The notes beneath the pieces are model-generated. The model saw nothing but the letters and a program-made list of their open reading frames with translations, ran no database searches and had not been told where the DNA came from. Positions 1 to 13,481 of a stretch of 64,000 nt of DNA are shown one piece after another; positions within the stretch are counted from its first letter, which is position 1; each line of letters starts with the position of its first letter. Source of the DNA: Phoronis australis (taxonomy: Eukaryota; Animalia; Phoronida); contig NMRA01000316.1 of assembly GCA_002633005.1 (NCBI GenBank), forward strand, positions 395,052 to 459,051. The letters run 5' to 3'. Both the position numbers and the translations under genes were made by a program.

Positions 1-596
1 ACTTCATCGATTTTCGTGGGAGAAAAACGCTTGTTTTCAGAATTTTACGAGGAATTTGTTGATGAATCTTTTACATGTTATTGAAAAAGGCGAAAATACA
101 AACGCGCGAGTCATATTTCTTCAGGCAGCCCTTAGCGGCTTCACGGGCAATAAAATGTAATCGACCGAATAGATTCGTCGACCACAGATTTACCCTGTGG
201 TTTTTCCGCTTGATCCCAGACCGCCCCGAGTTGCTCCAGCATCCATCTCGGGGCGGTCTCTCACGAGGGTTTAGCGTTATGGCTTAATGAATATTTAAGT
301 CCAAGTTCACGCATATGCGATCATGAGATTCAGCAGAATTCTAAGTTCAGGTACAACAGCACTACATCCACTGATGCGCTGATCATGTCTCAAGTAATTT
401 AGCAAAATGCCACTTCCTTCCAAGACTAGAAATCACTTCTACTCTGAGCAATTAGGACAAGTTGACTGAGACGAGTTAAATAACGACGAGTCCCAAAAGT
501 AACTTCTTCAGCAGAATACGGCTTTATAGCACATTTAACACTCACCAAGAGAGTTGCTAACGTAGATACAGCAAGGCCATTTTTATGTGCACCTAC

Positions 597-1098
597 CTGG
601 GCGAGACCCCCACACCCGCTTAGTGACCAGGTCAATTTGGCCAGGCCCTGTTATGTTGTATGCCCAGAGTTTCCTCGTTACAAATTCGGTCACGAACAAT
701 ACTTCAGGGGTTCCATTCGCGGAATGCTGCACAGCAATGCCATTACTGTATTGGAACCCCGTGTCTAATTTGGTCAATTTCTTGTTCTTTACGATATAGC
801 TATATATAGAACCATTGACGGAATCAATAAACCCATCTTTATATGGAGCAGGAGCGATGATACCAACAGGCGCTGTAATCCACATATTTCCTGTGTAGTC
901 GATGGCTACGTCATTGAAACCTTGGATGGGTTCATTTGAGGAGTCGTGGGTCATCATTTGTCGAACTTCGCCATCTGGTGTTATTTTCAGCAGTCCCAGC
1001 CGTAGGTCGGTGACCCACAAGTTACCTTCTTGGTCAGCATCAGCGCCATTGGGCATGGAATGATAGTTGTTTATCTTAGGCTCAACGAAAACTGAAAC
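597..1098 (-). CDS. DFPase / SMP-30 family hydrolase, coding exon 2 (gene continues beyond the left edge)
   Basis: TTGCAG acceptor and GTAGGT donor. Encodes ...TDLRLGLL...IQGFNDVAIDYTGNMWITAP...FQYSNGIAV...KLWAYNITGPG...VWG, colinear with squid DFPase (DMRLGLL, QGCNDCAFDYEGNLWITAP, FQFPNGIAV, KLWSYDIKGP). Confidence 0.92.
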
Positions 1099-1559
1099 CT
1101 GCAACAGCAAAGTATGCATTCCCGAGTGCCCAGAAGAGGGAAGTTACATGTTTCGAGCCGGAGCGCATCTACAAGGCAAGTTTGAGTGCGACAAACTGAT
1201 AGCTGCAGTGCAAAGACGTATAATAACCAACTTCTTGTTTATTCCACGATACAATCTTGCCTTGTCTAAGCTCACTGCATGTGAACTCTCGCCGAGATCT
1301 AGAGCATCCACAAGTTATCACACGAGGTAGTTGTTAGCAATTTACCATGATACTATCGCTCAGGCCTAGAGAAACACTTCACACTAGAAGTCGAGGATTC
1401 TGAAATGGCACACGCTACGAAAATAAATTTAAAAGTGCGATGATGAGATGTGTATGTACATGAGTGTAGTGGGAGGGTGCAGCGCAGTGTGCAACGACAT
1501 GCAGTGATAGGGAGTCCCTAACTAACACGAGAGTGAGGCTCTCTGGAAGTGTATGAGGT

Positions 1560-1960
1560 GCGACACTGAGGTGCCATGAAGTACATACTGTGGTAACTAC
1601 GAGTCGGGGTACTAATGGAGGGATAAAAATACATGTAGGTAATGGGAATGGCTATGGTCCGATGGACAATTTTATAGAATGTAGAAAGTTTGAAGAGGTA
1701 GCGGCAAAATTTGAGGGTTTGCTAGTAATGATTCGATCATTTCACTGACTGGGGATGTAGGGTATTGTGTTATCTATTCAGAGTAATATAATCTTGCAGC
1801 TCGTTGCTGCACCATTTCAATCTTGTTCAGTGATAAGAGCTTTTGTGTGGGGTGACCATGCTGTTGAGCAGTACTGTGGCTAGTTTTGGTTGGACCAGAG
1901 CGGCATAGTAAGCTAAGTTCCTAAATTTTCTGGGAAGTGCGTAGCACAATGTTGAATATT
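1560..1960 (-). mobile_element. Degraded non-LTR retrotransposon (CR1/L2-like) 3' fragment
   Basis: The minus strand gives frameshifted pieces YAALVQPKL, QYCSTAWSPHTK and NKIEMVQQRAARY, typical of the region C-terminal to the RT domain. Ends are approximate. Confidence 0.6.
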
Positions 1961-2110
1961 TAATGTCTGAGCGTTGATTTTGGTTGAAAATTTAATCGAA
2001 ATTAATCATGTTCCCATCCTTTGGTACATACCTGTGTTCTAGGCCTAATTCTTGTTGGCATTCGTGGTTTGTAGTTATCACTGGCAGTTATTGAGACAAA
2101 CGTAGGAACG

Positions 2111-2271
2111 CAGTGGCGGATTTAGAGGGGAGGGGCAAGGGGGACATGACCACTCTAAAATTCTCCCAGATTACATGTGTCAGTTCTGGGCTGGGTGCAA
2201 ATGTCTGACGGGTAAAATCCTGGCTAATACTCTTCCTTGCCCCCCAACTCAAAATCCTGGGTCCGTCCCTG
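2111..2271 (+). mobile_element. MITE family 1 (CAGTGGCGGATTTAG...CCTGGATCCGCCCCTG), hAT-like
   Basis: Imperfect TIRs, flanks GAACG/GAAAG. Related copies at 22269, 24497, 31539 and 41999. Confidence 0.75.
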
Positions 2272-2959
2272 GAAAGGGGTCATATAGACTAGGGAGATAT
2301 GCCACTGCGAGATATTTTGTTGTTGTCAGCAGATGTACGTGTATAACGAGTGTGATCAATTAGAGATACTGACATGTTGTTGAGTTTGGTGGGATAAATG
2401 ATTTTTGATTATGGGCTGCGACATAATTTCAAAGAAATCTTGAAGTTTACGGCTTAATAGACCAATACGATTTACGTTGAGATCGCCGGCAACAATGGGG
2501 TCTTTGTAATGTGTGTTTGATTTAATAATGACATAAATTTATCTAAAACATGTATGTGTCTGTCAGGAGTTGCAGGGGGTTTGTAAATATTTGCAATAGC
2601 TATGCGTTTATTGTCTATCTTGATATGATACAGTAAGCATTCATTCATGTACGTTTTAGGATTGTACGGGACGTCTTTTTATAAACACTATGTATGTAAC
2701 TAGTCCTTGAGTAATATATAATCTATCGAGTAACCTTTAAACTCCTTGTCCTATAGTTCTCTAGATTAAATGGTGAGTAATTATCAGTTGTTGACATCCA
2801 TAATTCATGAACGCAGGTGACATCGATAAAAGTTAATTATTGCTTGAAAATGATTAGGATTGGCTCTAAAAAGATCGAATTTTTGCGTTGAGCCTCTGAA
2901 TATTGACACCCAGTAACTCGAGTTCGATCTTTATATAATTGCAAAAAATCTTGTGTCAA

Positions 2960-3219
2960 GCCTCCAGTTCAGTAAGGCTAGGAAATCGCTAAAAAGCAAA
3001 ACTTCGCGAGATTACGTGAGATATTGTCGTGCTTTTTCAATGAAAACACGTGACTTTGGCTAGATTTTAGCTAGGTTCTACTAGCGTAGGTCCTAGCGCT
3101 ACGTACTGAACGCTAAAATCTATCCAAAGTCACGTGTTCTCATTTAAAACACACGGCAATATCTCACGTAATCTCACGAAGTCTTGCTTGCGAGGACCTA
3201 GCGTTACTGAACGGGAGGC
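2960..3219. mobile_element. MITE family 3 (GCCTCCCGTTCAGTA termini), fold-back dimer
   Basis: Two inverted units form an imperfect palindrome of about 260 bp. Single units occur at 18062-18210 and 39799-39938. Confidence 0.75.
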
Positions 3220-5011
3220 TGATATAGCTCATTGGATAGAATGACGCCTTGTGACCCGTGACGTACATGTACGCGACTGCACTAAGAAACAAACGACTAA
3301 TAATCTGCTACTGTGAACAACGGACACGAAAGATTCAGTCCGAAGCAACCGACGACGGACAATCCAACGGTTCTCGATGTGAAATATCTAGCGAATTTTA
3401 AAGCAACGCATGAGTAGGCATTGTCGTTCATACCCTTAGTTCATGTGCAGACAGACTTTCTGCATTTGGAACGAATTAACTTATAGTTGCATACACTGTA
3501 TATCAAAACGATTAACAGGTGGAACATCATCTAAATGTGTCATCCCCTATAATATCGCATAATATATTATGATATAATAAGTTATTAACAAAACTGTAAT
3601 TGCGCGCGAACGCTTTAAATTAGTAGGCCTACCCTGGCCTCTGGCGGGTCACATGCACGGGTTTAAAAACCGAACGATCGCCGCAAAAGTAAAAAATTAA
3701 TGTTCAATCAACAGTTTCTATTCAGATAAAGTTTGAGTCTAATACTGGAATAAAAACATACAAAAATTAGCGACGTTGCGTTCGCATCTCGCGTACTTCA
3801 GCTTGGCTTGTGACGTTATCGTTATTCTGGCCAATTGGTGGCGGTTTGACCAGACGGGGCGGCATTGACGTCAGACTACACCATCCCATACGCCAGACAA
3901 AGCGAATCTTAAACCGCCTCTTTTATTTAAAGAAGGACTCTCAATGCGCTCATGGAGAGCTTCCTTTACACCCCTTCTGAATCAGTCTTCCTCACAGTCA
4001 AGGATATAGTGACATCATTGGTATTGAAATCATGTCCAGTGGCACACAGGTGGCTACAATAGCAGAATCATAAGTGTCCCCGTAACTAGGACGACGATGT
4101 TGTGACATACGCATTTTTATGGACTGTTTCGTTTCACCAATGTAACTGTCTGAGCACTGGGGATCCTTACACTAAACACCATAGACAACACATGATTTAT
4201 TACCCTTGGTAGTTTTGTCCTTGACATTAATCAGTTGGCTGCGGAGAGAATAAAAAAACAGTTTGTGGCTGATAGAAAAGTCAAATTGTCTAAATGCCCT
4301 CTTGAGGCGGTCAGAAGGACCCTGGATGTAGGGAATCATCCAAGAAGTGAATGTTACCTGAGCTGTATGTTGACACTTGCTGTCCTTTGTAAAAATTATC
4401 CTGATGATGTCTAACGAATAGACGAAACGTTGATTGAACAAGAACTTTTATTTGTGCTGCTATCGTCCGGTTTTTAATCTTACTATGGCCAAAACAGATT
4501 TAATTCGCTACACAGGTAAATGACGTTCATTAGTTGTCCGTTAAAAAAATAAACTTCATTCGGCAAGACACCCAAAGTATTCATGTTGTATAAAAAACAT
4601 TGCAGGCGGTCCGATACCTGAATAGCATAGAACGTGCACAGGCCACATACAGCTGTAGGTCGTGCACACTGCACAAAACACCTGATTCAAAACTCATGAG
4701 AACCCTCTAATGTAAAAATGTCATATAACTTCAGCTACAAAGTTTTTATCTATCCATGGAAGGATGCTGGAGGCCAACGAGCAATGCCCGCGAATGGTCA
4801 AAAGAGTCCTTTATAATTTATCTTCTCGCACATTTAAAAGGCGGACATGTATTGGAGACAAATAGGCTAGAGTAATACCCGGTGTTTTATTGCAATCTGG
4901 TGTCCACGAGAAGCTTTGTGGCAATCTCCACGATTCATTAATTTCAACTGGCTTAATTATGAGAGGACTGTCCCAGTTACAGTAGTTACACGTCTGGACA
5001 AGACGCCGGCG

Positions 5012-5279
5012 CATGCGCGCACGGGGGGGGGGGGGNGGGGGGGGGGGGGGTTCGGCGAGAGCTCGAATGAGCCCCCCATTTGGCGACGTGGGCAAAAGGT
5101 CCGCCTCTGAGAAACAAAAAGACCGAGAAAATGAGACAAAAATCCACTAAATAAACATAAACGCGCAACTCACAGTGGCGGTGCACCTGCTTTTTTTGGT
5201 CCACCCGCTTTCTTGTTACCGAAAGGTCCACAACGTCAGGAATTCTAGCCACCCATATTGAAGGCTGGGTGCGCGCATG
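5012..5279 (+). mobile_element. MITE family 2 (CATGCGCGCAC TIR)
   Basis: TIR CATGCGCGCAC...GTGCGCGCATG. The internal motif GGCAAAAGGTCCGCCTC is shared with copies at 38242, 40494, ~41150 and 53488. Confidence 0.75.
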
Positions 5280-5843
5280 CGCCGTACTAAATTTTATATC
5301 GTAAAACAATTCCTTCTTTTAACACAAATTACAGTAATCGCTTACGATCATTTACTTAAATGCGCGTTAATTATAATGATCCTTACGCCAGCTTTTGTTG
5401 TTCTTTTTCTAATCAATTTTTTTTTCTTCAGCGGCATCTTTCACGCACGTAATTTCTTCTGCTATTTATGCTTGGCGCTACATGTACTGATTGGTCTTGA
5501 CCCAAAACTCAACCACGTATCTCCCCAATTCAAACGTTTATTTTCGCAGTATGTTTGACCTCCGTCGCTTACATTAAGTTTGTTATTTTGGTCATTTGTT
5601 TTGATGGGAGGTTTTGCAATTCATACGTAACTATTCCCGCGGCAAGACAACACACGGCGTGACTGCACAGACAATTTAAATGCGCCAGTTGACCGAAGGG
5701 GTGCAAAAATAAGCGCGTCAATGATTTTTCTTGCACTCATGACGCAGAGCGCGGCCCTGAAAACAACCTTGTTCATAACATTTAACTTAATAGTTAAATG
5801 TGTTCGTGTTCCAGAATAACAGTACATGAAATAGTTGGCTTAC

Positions 5844-6065
5844 CGCATTCTTTTCCAGATCAACCTTCAATACTCCACCTCGCTCAGGGGAGGCCTCAGG
5901 TTTTGGTGACATCACGTACAATTCACCATTTTTCTTAAATACCGGACCCTCTAACCAGCCATCTTGGTATTTACTGGCTACAACTTTTGTTATTTGTGGA
6001 CGAAAACAGTAGGCAAAAGGCTGAGAAATCAAGATCAGCAGCAGCCGGCTCAACGTTTTGGTCAT
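5844..6065 (-). CDS. DFPase / SMP-30-gluconolactonase family hydrolase, coding exon 1 (probable signal peptide)
   Basis: ATG at 6065 gives MTKTLSRLLLILISQPFAYCFRPQITKV...WLEGPVFKKNGELYVMSP...GGVLKVDLEKNA, ending at a GTAAGC donor (phase 0). Resembles the squid DFPase N-terminus (AEGPVFDKNGDFYIVAP). Confidence 0.88.
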
Positions 6066-8892
6066 GATTTTGCCCGAGAGATAGCGATACAACGTCTGTC
6101 TACTGCGACAACTAAAATATTCGCGTACAGTACGGTACAAAACCCAATAACATCCGCAAATAACGATGTCTTGTGTATTTTTTAAAGTAATGTCGTGTTT
6201 AGTTTTGGTCAGCTTTTCATTTACATTTCGTAGTTGAATGAAAATTGATATCAACTGAAAGCCTCGCTAGTTCAGTTCGGCCACGCTGTCTTATTCGGTC
6301 CATTTTTGGCTGACGCTGTAACGTATTGTAAACAAAAATGGGTGGACGGGTCAAATCCGAAAGGAACAATAGATCTCACAAAAGTGTCGTCCACACAAAG
6401 ACTTGCCCTAGGACAAGCTACTCGTCGAACGAGTTTTTGCTAGGTTTTCGGAATGTCTCGACGCTATTTAAACTAGTGCAACTTGCCCCACTGGTGACAA
6501 CTTACTCCACCTTTTTCGAGGTAGGGTAACTTGTTCTAGGGCAACTTGAGCCACGCTGTGTGGCCGCAAACCTGCTGCGGTTACATACAGTACATTTATA
6601 GACAGGTCTTCTTTTACGCGCCGTATTCGCATCAACTGTTCATTGTCATGAAGCCTTTTCATAATCACTTACTGTAACTGAACGAAGCGTCAAATGTAAT
6701 TGGTGAACCGTTCATACTAGTCTCGGTAGTTATGGTATAGAAGTAAACGATAGGTGACGCTGTCGTCACGGAATTAATTGCAAGGTAATTGTGATGTATG
6801 GCGGGTTTTTTTCATTTCTGTCATACATGTAGATGGTCGTATGGTATGCAGATTCCCTCTAAACGACGACTAATGGGTCCAAAGCAAGGCAATAAATATG
6901 GGTCATATCTTAACCTATGAAAGATGAAGAATAAAAATTTTCACTTTTCAGGCAGTAAACTACATGTATGAACGAAAAGGTGAAGTCCGCAGCCGCTAGA
7001 AAACGAATATAATACGGGATACGTTGATTTAGGAATCTGTTCGTGGAATATTGTTGAATGACTCTGAAACTGGGTAACAAGACCGGGAGTTGGAAATTAG
7101 ATGTAGGAAATTGTCGGTAGATCATTGATGAATGATTATTTGAATGAATAACAGGTTTATTAACTTGAGATTTCGCGCTTTATGAGGCCTGCTGTGTGTT
7201 GGACATCACAGAGGCTTCCCTGTGGACCGTCTTGTGGGTCTGACATCAGCCGGTGATTTTTGTTTCATTTTTTGCTGTTCATACCTGCTTCAAGGGAACG
7301 AAACCCCTAACCGTAATGGGAGATTCCGCAGCCGTATAAACTGGCAAAAACACAACAGCAGGAAAGTAAAACGGTTATACACCTTGTTTTTCTCAATTTA
7401 AAGATTAATGCGACTCGGGATATCGAGCTTACTTGAAGACGAGGTGCCTCTGGAAAACGCACAGAAACAACACTCAGTGAAAACAAACAAAGCTACTATT
7501 TAATCATCTTTTAATCAACGATAAATCCAGATGCACAAAATCAAACATGTCAAATTTAAGAAACCTAACAGATATTTAGAATTTAAAATATCACTTTGTA
7601 ATTATAAAAAAACAACTTAATTTTTCAATCACCCATATGAAGCTAAGTACAGTGAAAATAAAGAAACGCAGAGCGTTGATAGAGCAAACCGCGTGCATCT
7701 CACACCGGCTCAGCGAAGTTATACAAGGGGTAGTAATTTGTTCAAACATCTTCCGCAATAAAGGGAGCATTGCTGTTAAAGTTAATAACCGCTAAGTGGT
7801 GAAAAGCAAGTCAGAAATGCTGACCTCAATAGGAACATGAATCTTCATTGGAGGATAGGGAGACGGCAAAAAAGAACTGAAAATTTTCATAACTAACCTT
7901 AAAAGGTTTTCTGCCAATAAACATGATCAATACGTGGTATACAACAGATAAAATCCATCCAAAAATGAGACGGTTTCATAGCATATTTAAGAGAAATCCA
8001 TTCGCTAAATTCCAGTACAATCCGTTCATGGAACTTCAAACACACAAAAAACTGAAATCATCAGTACATGTATAGGACACCAAAGTAGCAGAAAAGACCT
8101 GAAAGTCGTCGTCATCTATTGTTACATTCATAAATTGCGCTTGTACAAACATCCTGTAAGAGTTCAGGAGAAACAGCTGTGGACTCGAGAAAAAAAAAGT
8201 CACTTGGAAGGGGGGGGGGGGGGTAGACTNGTCAAACCGTCCAGAGATTATTGTCAGTCGTGCTATTCCCAATAGGGACACAACGATCCCTATAATGGTT
8301 TGTCCGATAGAGAAAACGACTTGAAAATGATACAATGGCCACTGCCGTATTGTGGAGCCTTTTTTCGCGGCCTTTTTTACCCAAGTGGTTCGCACATTGG
8401 CGCATGCGCCTTGGTTTCGCCCAGATAATGTCCCCTGCATAGGCCCATACATTAATTCGAAGCAAATAGGCCCACTGGTTTTACTGCCGCTGTGCCTCCT
8501 AGTGGCATATTTATGTTTGCCTCTGTGCTTTTGGAGTTCCTTTAGCGTATTTTCAAGAAATTTTGTAAATAATTTTGCACTACCCCAGGCATTATTTCGG
8601 ATGTACATCACATGTACAGTGTGTATGGACATCCATCTGAAATAATCATAATGCCTTTTTCTCCGTTCTTTTTACGAAATTGGTCCACATATTCACCACC
8701 TAGTGTATTCATTAGTGAGGCTTAGGTACAAACAGTATGGAATAGTATCTTTTTACCTAGTTACATCTATAACAGAGATCATTAAAAAAATTTAGGGTCA
8801 TTCAGTGACCCTTATCTAAGAGCGAAAGTATTGGAATATAGTGAACTCTAGCCGCCCTGTTGACACCGGTTATTTCACCAAAACACGTCCGG

Positions 8893-9059
8893 TCATTCTG
8901 TCTCTGCCTTTGGTATATAGATTTCATGATTCAGCGGCGGCACACGGACACCTACAGGTAGCACTGCCCTTGCTATTTCCTTCATAGAGGTCGCGTCTAG
9001 TATTAACATGTAGTCCGGCTGATCATCGATACCGACAATAACAGACGACAACAGAATGC
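8893..9059 (-). CDS. Carotenoid cleavage oxygenase, exon 11 (terminal; fourth His)
   Basis: ILLSSVIVGIDDQPDYMLILDATSMKEIARAVLPVGVRVPPLNHEIYIPKAETE*. The 11 exons sum to 1683 nt, or 560 aa plus stop. Confidence 0.93.
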
Positions 9060-9402
9060 CTGTAACATATTTCCAGTTACTATAGTTATAGTTGGTTGAT
9101 AATGTTATGTCAGAAGGGCCTCCATTATTCTAACCTAGACTTTTATCATACACTTAAGTATAAAATACATGTAGTATGCAATGAAGGTCAACTCAGTTGT
9201 GAAAATTGGCAACAACAGACAACACAACGACTGCAGTGTTCCCAAAATTCAAACAATACTTGAAGAAAGGTGGATTGTTTGGTGAAATATTCATCCCACA
9301 AAACAACGCGAGTTTACTTTGATAATAATAACATAAATTTGTTGTTTTTACAACGGTCGTGATCAGGTGAGGTGTTCAGCGGTGAAATACGAGATTACTT
9401 AC

Positions 9403-9517
9403 CATCGTCCTCTGCAGACGAATTCGGCGAAGGCACAAACAGCGCCTCCTGTGGATAATGGTTAGCTTCAGCCCGCCACAACGTTTGCTGTTGTGAATTA
9501 ACATCCACCTTGCATAT
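9403..9517 (-). CDS. Carotenoid cleavage oxygenase, exon 10
   Basis: ICKVDVNSQQQTLWRAEANHYPQEALFVPSPNSSAEDDG, equivalent to YPSEP.FV..P....EDDG. Confidence 0.94.
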
Positions 9518-11688
9518 CTATAAGAAATATACCAACTTCAGCGAAATAACGACAAGGTGTATGCATGTACGTTCGTGAATAACTGAGCCCAAGAGGTTTG
9601 TTTGACAGTTGTTATATTTCACTGATGGGAACATCCGCAGTCCCTACCATTAAAACCACTTCAACTCAGTAAACCATGGTACATGTACATTTAAGCCCCT
9701 CTCAGTATATGAAATATAGAGACTGGGACCGGTAACGACAAAAAAAGAAATCCACAAAAAAATCGACAAAATAGCGCACCGCAACTAAATCGTTATAGTG
9801 AGAGTTGTCAATTGACTGAATTAATCAGCCCAGAGGAGGAAAGTGTGTAAGTTTTTTTTTTACAGTTAACATTTCCATCAATAATAATAACACAGTACAA
9901 AGACAAAAAAATTCCCAGTCACAGATCACACGCACACATTTCACCCAAAACTCAATTTCACAAACCAAAAACACCAAATGTACTTTTCTCTATGTACTTC
10001 TTCTTAAAGAGGCACAAAACATACCATCTTTGGAGAAGTATGTCTCCTAATCCATTTTTGGAATAATTATATTTTTCGAATGTGAAAACTGTTATGGATG
10101 GAGTTTCTACTTTCATCTTTCTACAGTATAAAATTATATGCTTTTTGGCCAAAAGAGGGCGCAAGGTACTGAAAATAGAGCATGGGAAATAAAACTGCAA
10201 ATCATGAACTATGAAAGATAAAAATAGCCAAGATATTTGTGTAATTGAAAATACCAATACGCGGCGGTTTTGGAAGTAGTCGATGTGGGGCCGATGGAAT
10301 TATCGAAACCACCAAAAATTAGGAGTATTATCAAAATAAGTAATCGAATCTATTAGATGGTTTAAACATGAAACAAAAAACATAATATGTCACGCACACG
10401 ATGCACGGCAGAGTTTTCAACTAAAAGACTGAAACACGAGTTTTAAAAAATTCTCCGCACGGAAAACTGAAATAATTTTAACCAGAACAGAGATGAAAAA
10501 AACGCTTGCCCCCTGCAATCAACGCAAGCTAGCCGATATTAAGCGCGAACATTCTGAAAAATATTTATGAGTTTCCATTCGGCGTTATCGTATATATACA
10601 TTCATGTAAAGACAAGCTTGCTCAAAGACTTTCCCGCCCTAACTACATTTCGAATAAAATTGAACTGTTTACGAGATCTCGCCAAATCTTGAGGCACTAT
10701 ACTCACTGACGTCATGGTAATTATCCCAATCGTATCTCCCGTTGATTTGATTAAAAAACGTGTAAAATCTTGAGTTTAAAATAAACCAAAATCCCGTTGT
10801 CCACTTTCTGATTGGACGAGTTCACTGCAAAAGTGGTGCTTGAATTGAATTCACAATTGATCTCAATATCAATGACGCATGCGTCAGCTTGGAACTTCGA
10901 AGTCACTCAACATATCTTAATAGACGGTAAGTATACAAGAGGTGTACAAGTTTCCAAACGTGAACAATATCAGGTGGAACTTGAGGTATTTCGATACTTA
11001 ACAAACTCTCTATATGTTAATCTCCGCAAACGCGACCTCTTTCTTGAGTTAGCATGAGCGATCTCGGTAATCCTTATTTAAGACCACTTAAAAACTTCGC
11101 CAATGCCATCTTAGTCCTAGACACGAATTACACGTATATAGTATCAGACTCCAATGCGATTTATGTCCGACGGAAACCGGAATTATGTCGCACTGACCTG
11201 ACAAGCAAGGCAAACTTCACTAAGTCGGTGCTGTGAAAACAAAACTTACCCATATGTTCAACGTTTATGTGGAGCAGGAGGTCAGGATGATTTAATAGGT
11301 TTAAATAAGTTGACTATTACGACAAATGTTCAACGTGTCAGTGGATCTGAGAGGTTTGTGGTTCATACACGACGCATATGATATAGAGGTCAGTGTTGAA
11401 TGACCACAGTAAAGACAAGAAATCTGATATTCGAATTATACGTCTGCATGGCTTCACCCTCGAGAAATATTTTTCGAGTTCCTTAAAAGTTTGTTGGGAA
11501 AATACTAGGGTCGAATTTGTATTTTTGTATGCAGTAAAGTACACGATGACGTCATACGGAAATTGACCACTGCTGTATCTTAAAATTGTAATCCAGGTTA
11601 CCGATGACAATAAAGATTGCAACTCACTGCATTTGTGTGAAACCTTGGTGCCAAAGAAGCGCAGGGGTTGTTACAAAATGATACTTAC

Positions 11689-11789
11689 ACATCCTTTTTG
11701 CTGAGACTCGTTACTGTAACCGCCAACAGCGTAGAAATATTGGTACCTTCTGCCATTAACATCAGGGTTCACGCAAGGCTTCTCGAAAC
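11689..11789 (-). CDS. Carotenoid cleavage oxygenase, exon 9
   Basis: GFEKPCVNPDVNGRRYQYFYAVGGYSNESQQKGC, equivalent to FEFPQINY...GK.YRYFYG. GTAAGT donor. Confidence 0.92.
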
Positions 11790-12135
11790 CTGCCAAGAAG
11801 AACAATTTGAGCTATGTCAAGCCCAACTATGGAAATGAAAAGTCCCACAGATACACTCTTAATAGCCTCTGTAATTAGATAAACGCCTACAGTAATAGTA
11901 CATGTATGTAACACACGGGATAGATGTACATGTTGAATATCTAATTTGTCTTCAAACCATATGATCGAGTAAGTACAAAACGAGCCAAACATATCATTTC
12001 TGAAAATTGCGCAAAAACAAAAGTAAAAAATCTTCACAGGAATCGACTTGTGATACAGACGCAGACCATGTTACGATATTCAAAACTCAATGAAGCAACC
12101 AACCTTAACTAATGTTTTCAGTCTAGCTGACCTAC

Positions 12136-12340
12136 CTGGCTTGCAAAGTGTGACTGGAGTACAAAATACACTGCCATCCTGCTGAAAGTTGCACTGGGCA
12201 CTGCATCCTTTAAGATCTACGAGGTTGACCGGGTTCACAACCATGACCTTTTCTTTCTTTTTAAACGAAAACGATTCTTTAATCGGTTTTTCATTTTCAG
12301 CCCCAGTGGCTTCCTGTAGCACCTCGTGGGCAAACGGAGT
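12136..12340 (-). CDS. Carotenoid cleavage oxygenase, exon 8
   Basis: CTTCTCTTCCAG acceptor; TPFAHEVLQEA...VNLVDLKGCSAQCNFQQDGSVFCTPVTLCKP. The 3' half matches the NLV.L...ATA...DG.I.C.PE.L pattern. The 5' boundary is less certain. Confidence 0.8.
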
Positions 12341-13481
12341 CTGGAAGAGAAGCGATTGTATTTTGCAAACACTGAATTTTATTGAGTACATGCACATGCC
12401 ATAGAACGATTTAGGAGATGTTTGGGATTGTCCCAATCGTGTGAACGAGTGAAAAAAAATAAGAGTGGTGGTATGCCTTTTAGATCTTTCGCAAACACCT
12501 GTGACCAACGCTAACCAGCGAGATCAAAGATACCTCAAGTTATTTAAGACTTTAGTTACATCCACGATGGTGTATCAGTGTAAACCCCAACGTTGACTTT
12601 ACTCCTAGTGATATCTGTCTCTAATAAAATTATTATTATTATTATAACGCATGTTGCTATTCTTCAATAGTGCATTAAACCTGGATGGTTGAAATTGGTC
12701 TAGGTAACCTTGCTGACAAGACGTTTTCACAGGTTCACGCACAACCACCTGATGTTTGCGGTGTTAGAACGTTATGGCAAAAACAAGCTCATTCTTTACC
12801 AACGAAGATTATAATCAAAAAGTTGCTACCTGGCCCATTATAGCCTATAACGATATAGATGTGTCTGAATCACGGGCGGCGCAACATTGAAACAAATGGA
12901 GGGGCTATAGCCCCCCAGTCCCCTGTGGTGCACCGCACCGGCATAGACCTTCGGCGGCGCAGCACTGAAAAAATGTGGGCTATAGCCCTCCTCCCTCCAG
13001 CCCCCTATGGTGCGCCACACATGAGAGTAGACTGTGTGTTTTGTTTAAAAGGTAGCAAAACATATTTTTTTCAAAAACATGTCATTGACTATCAATTTAC
13101 TCTTAAAATGCCAGGAGGTCCATCACCTTTCTCAAGACCAAGATCACAAAACAGCAACAAAATGCTGTAAACGACTTTTGAACAAAGAAGTTGATATTCT
13201 TGGTATGATCCCACAATTAAAAGTACACGCAGTGCCAGAAATTTAACTAACTATACTCATAGGTTATATAATCAATATTCAATCTGACAAGGAGAGAATA
13301 TGCTGCGGCTGGAAGTAAACAAAAGAATGTCATTTGCGCTCTCACTATGTTTGGATCCCTAATACAAAACTAGAGACTCTTGGAGGTGGCCGCATCCCCA
13401 TGATCAGCCTGTGACACACACTCCTTCGCAGTGTACCGATCCAATATGATGCGACATACAATGTAGTGGTCGGTTACTTAC

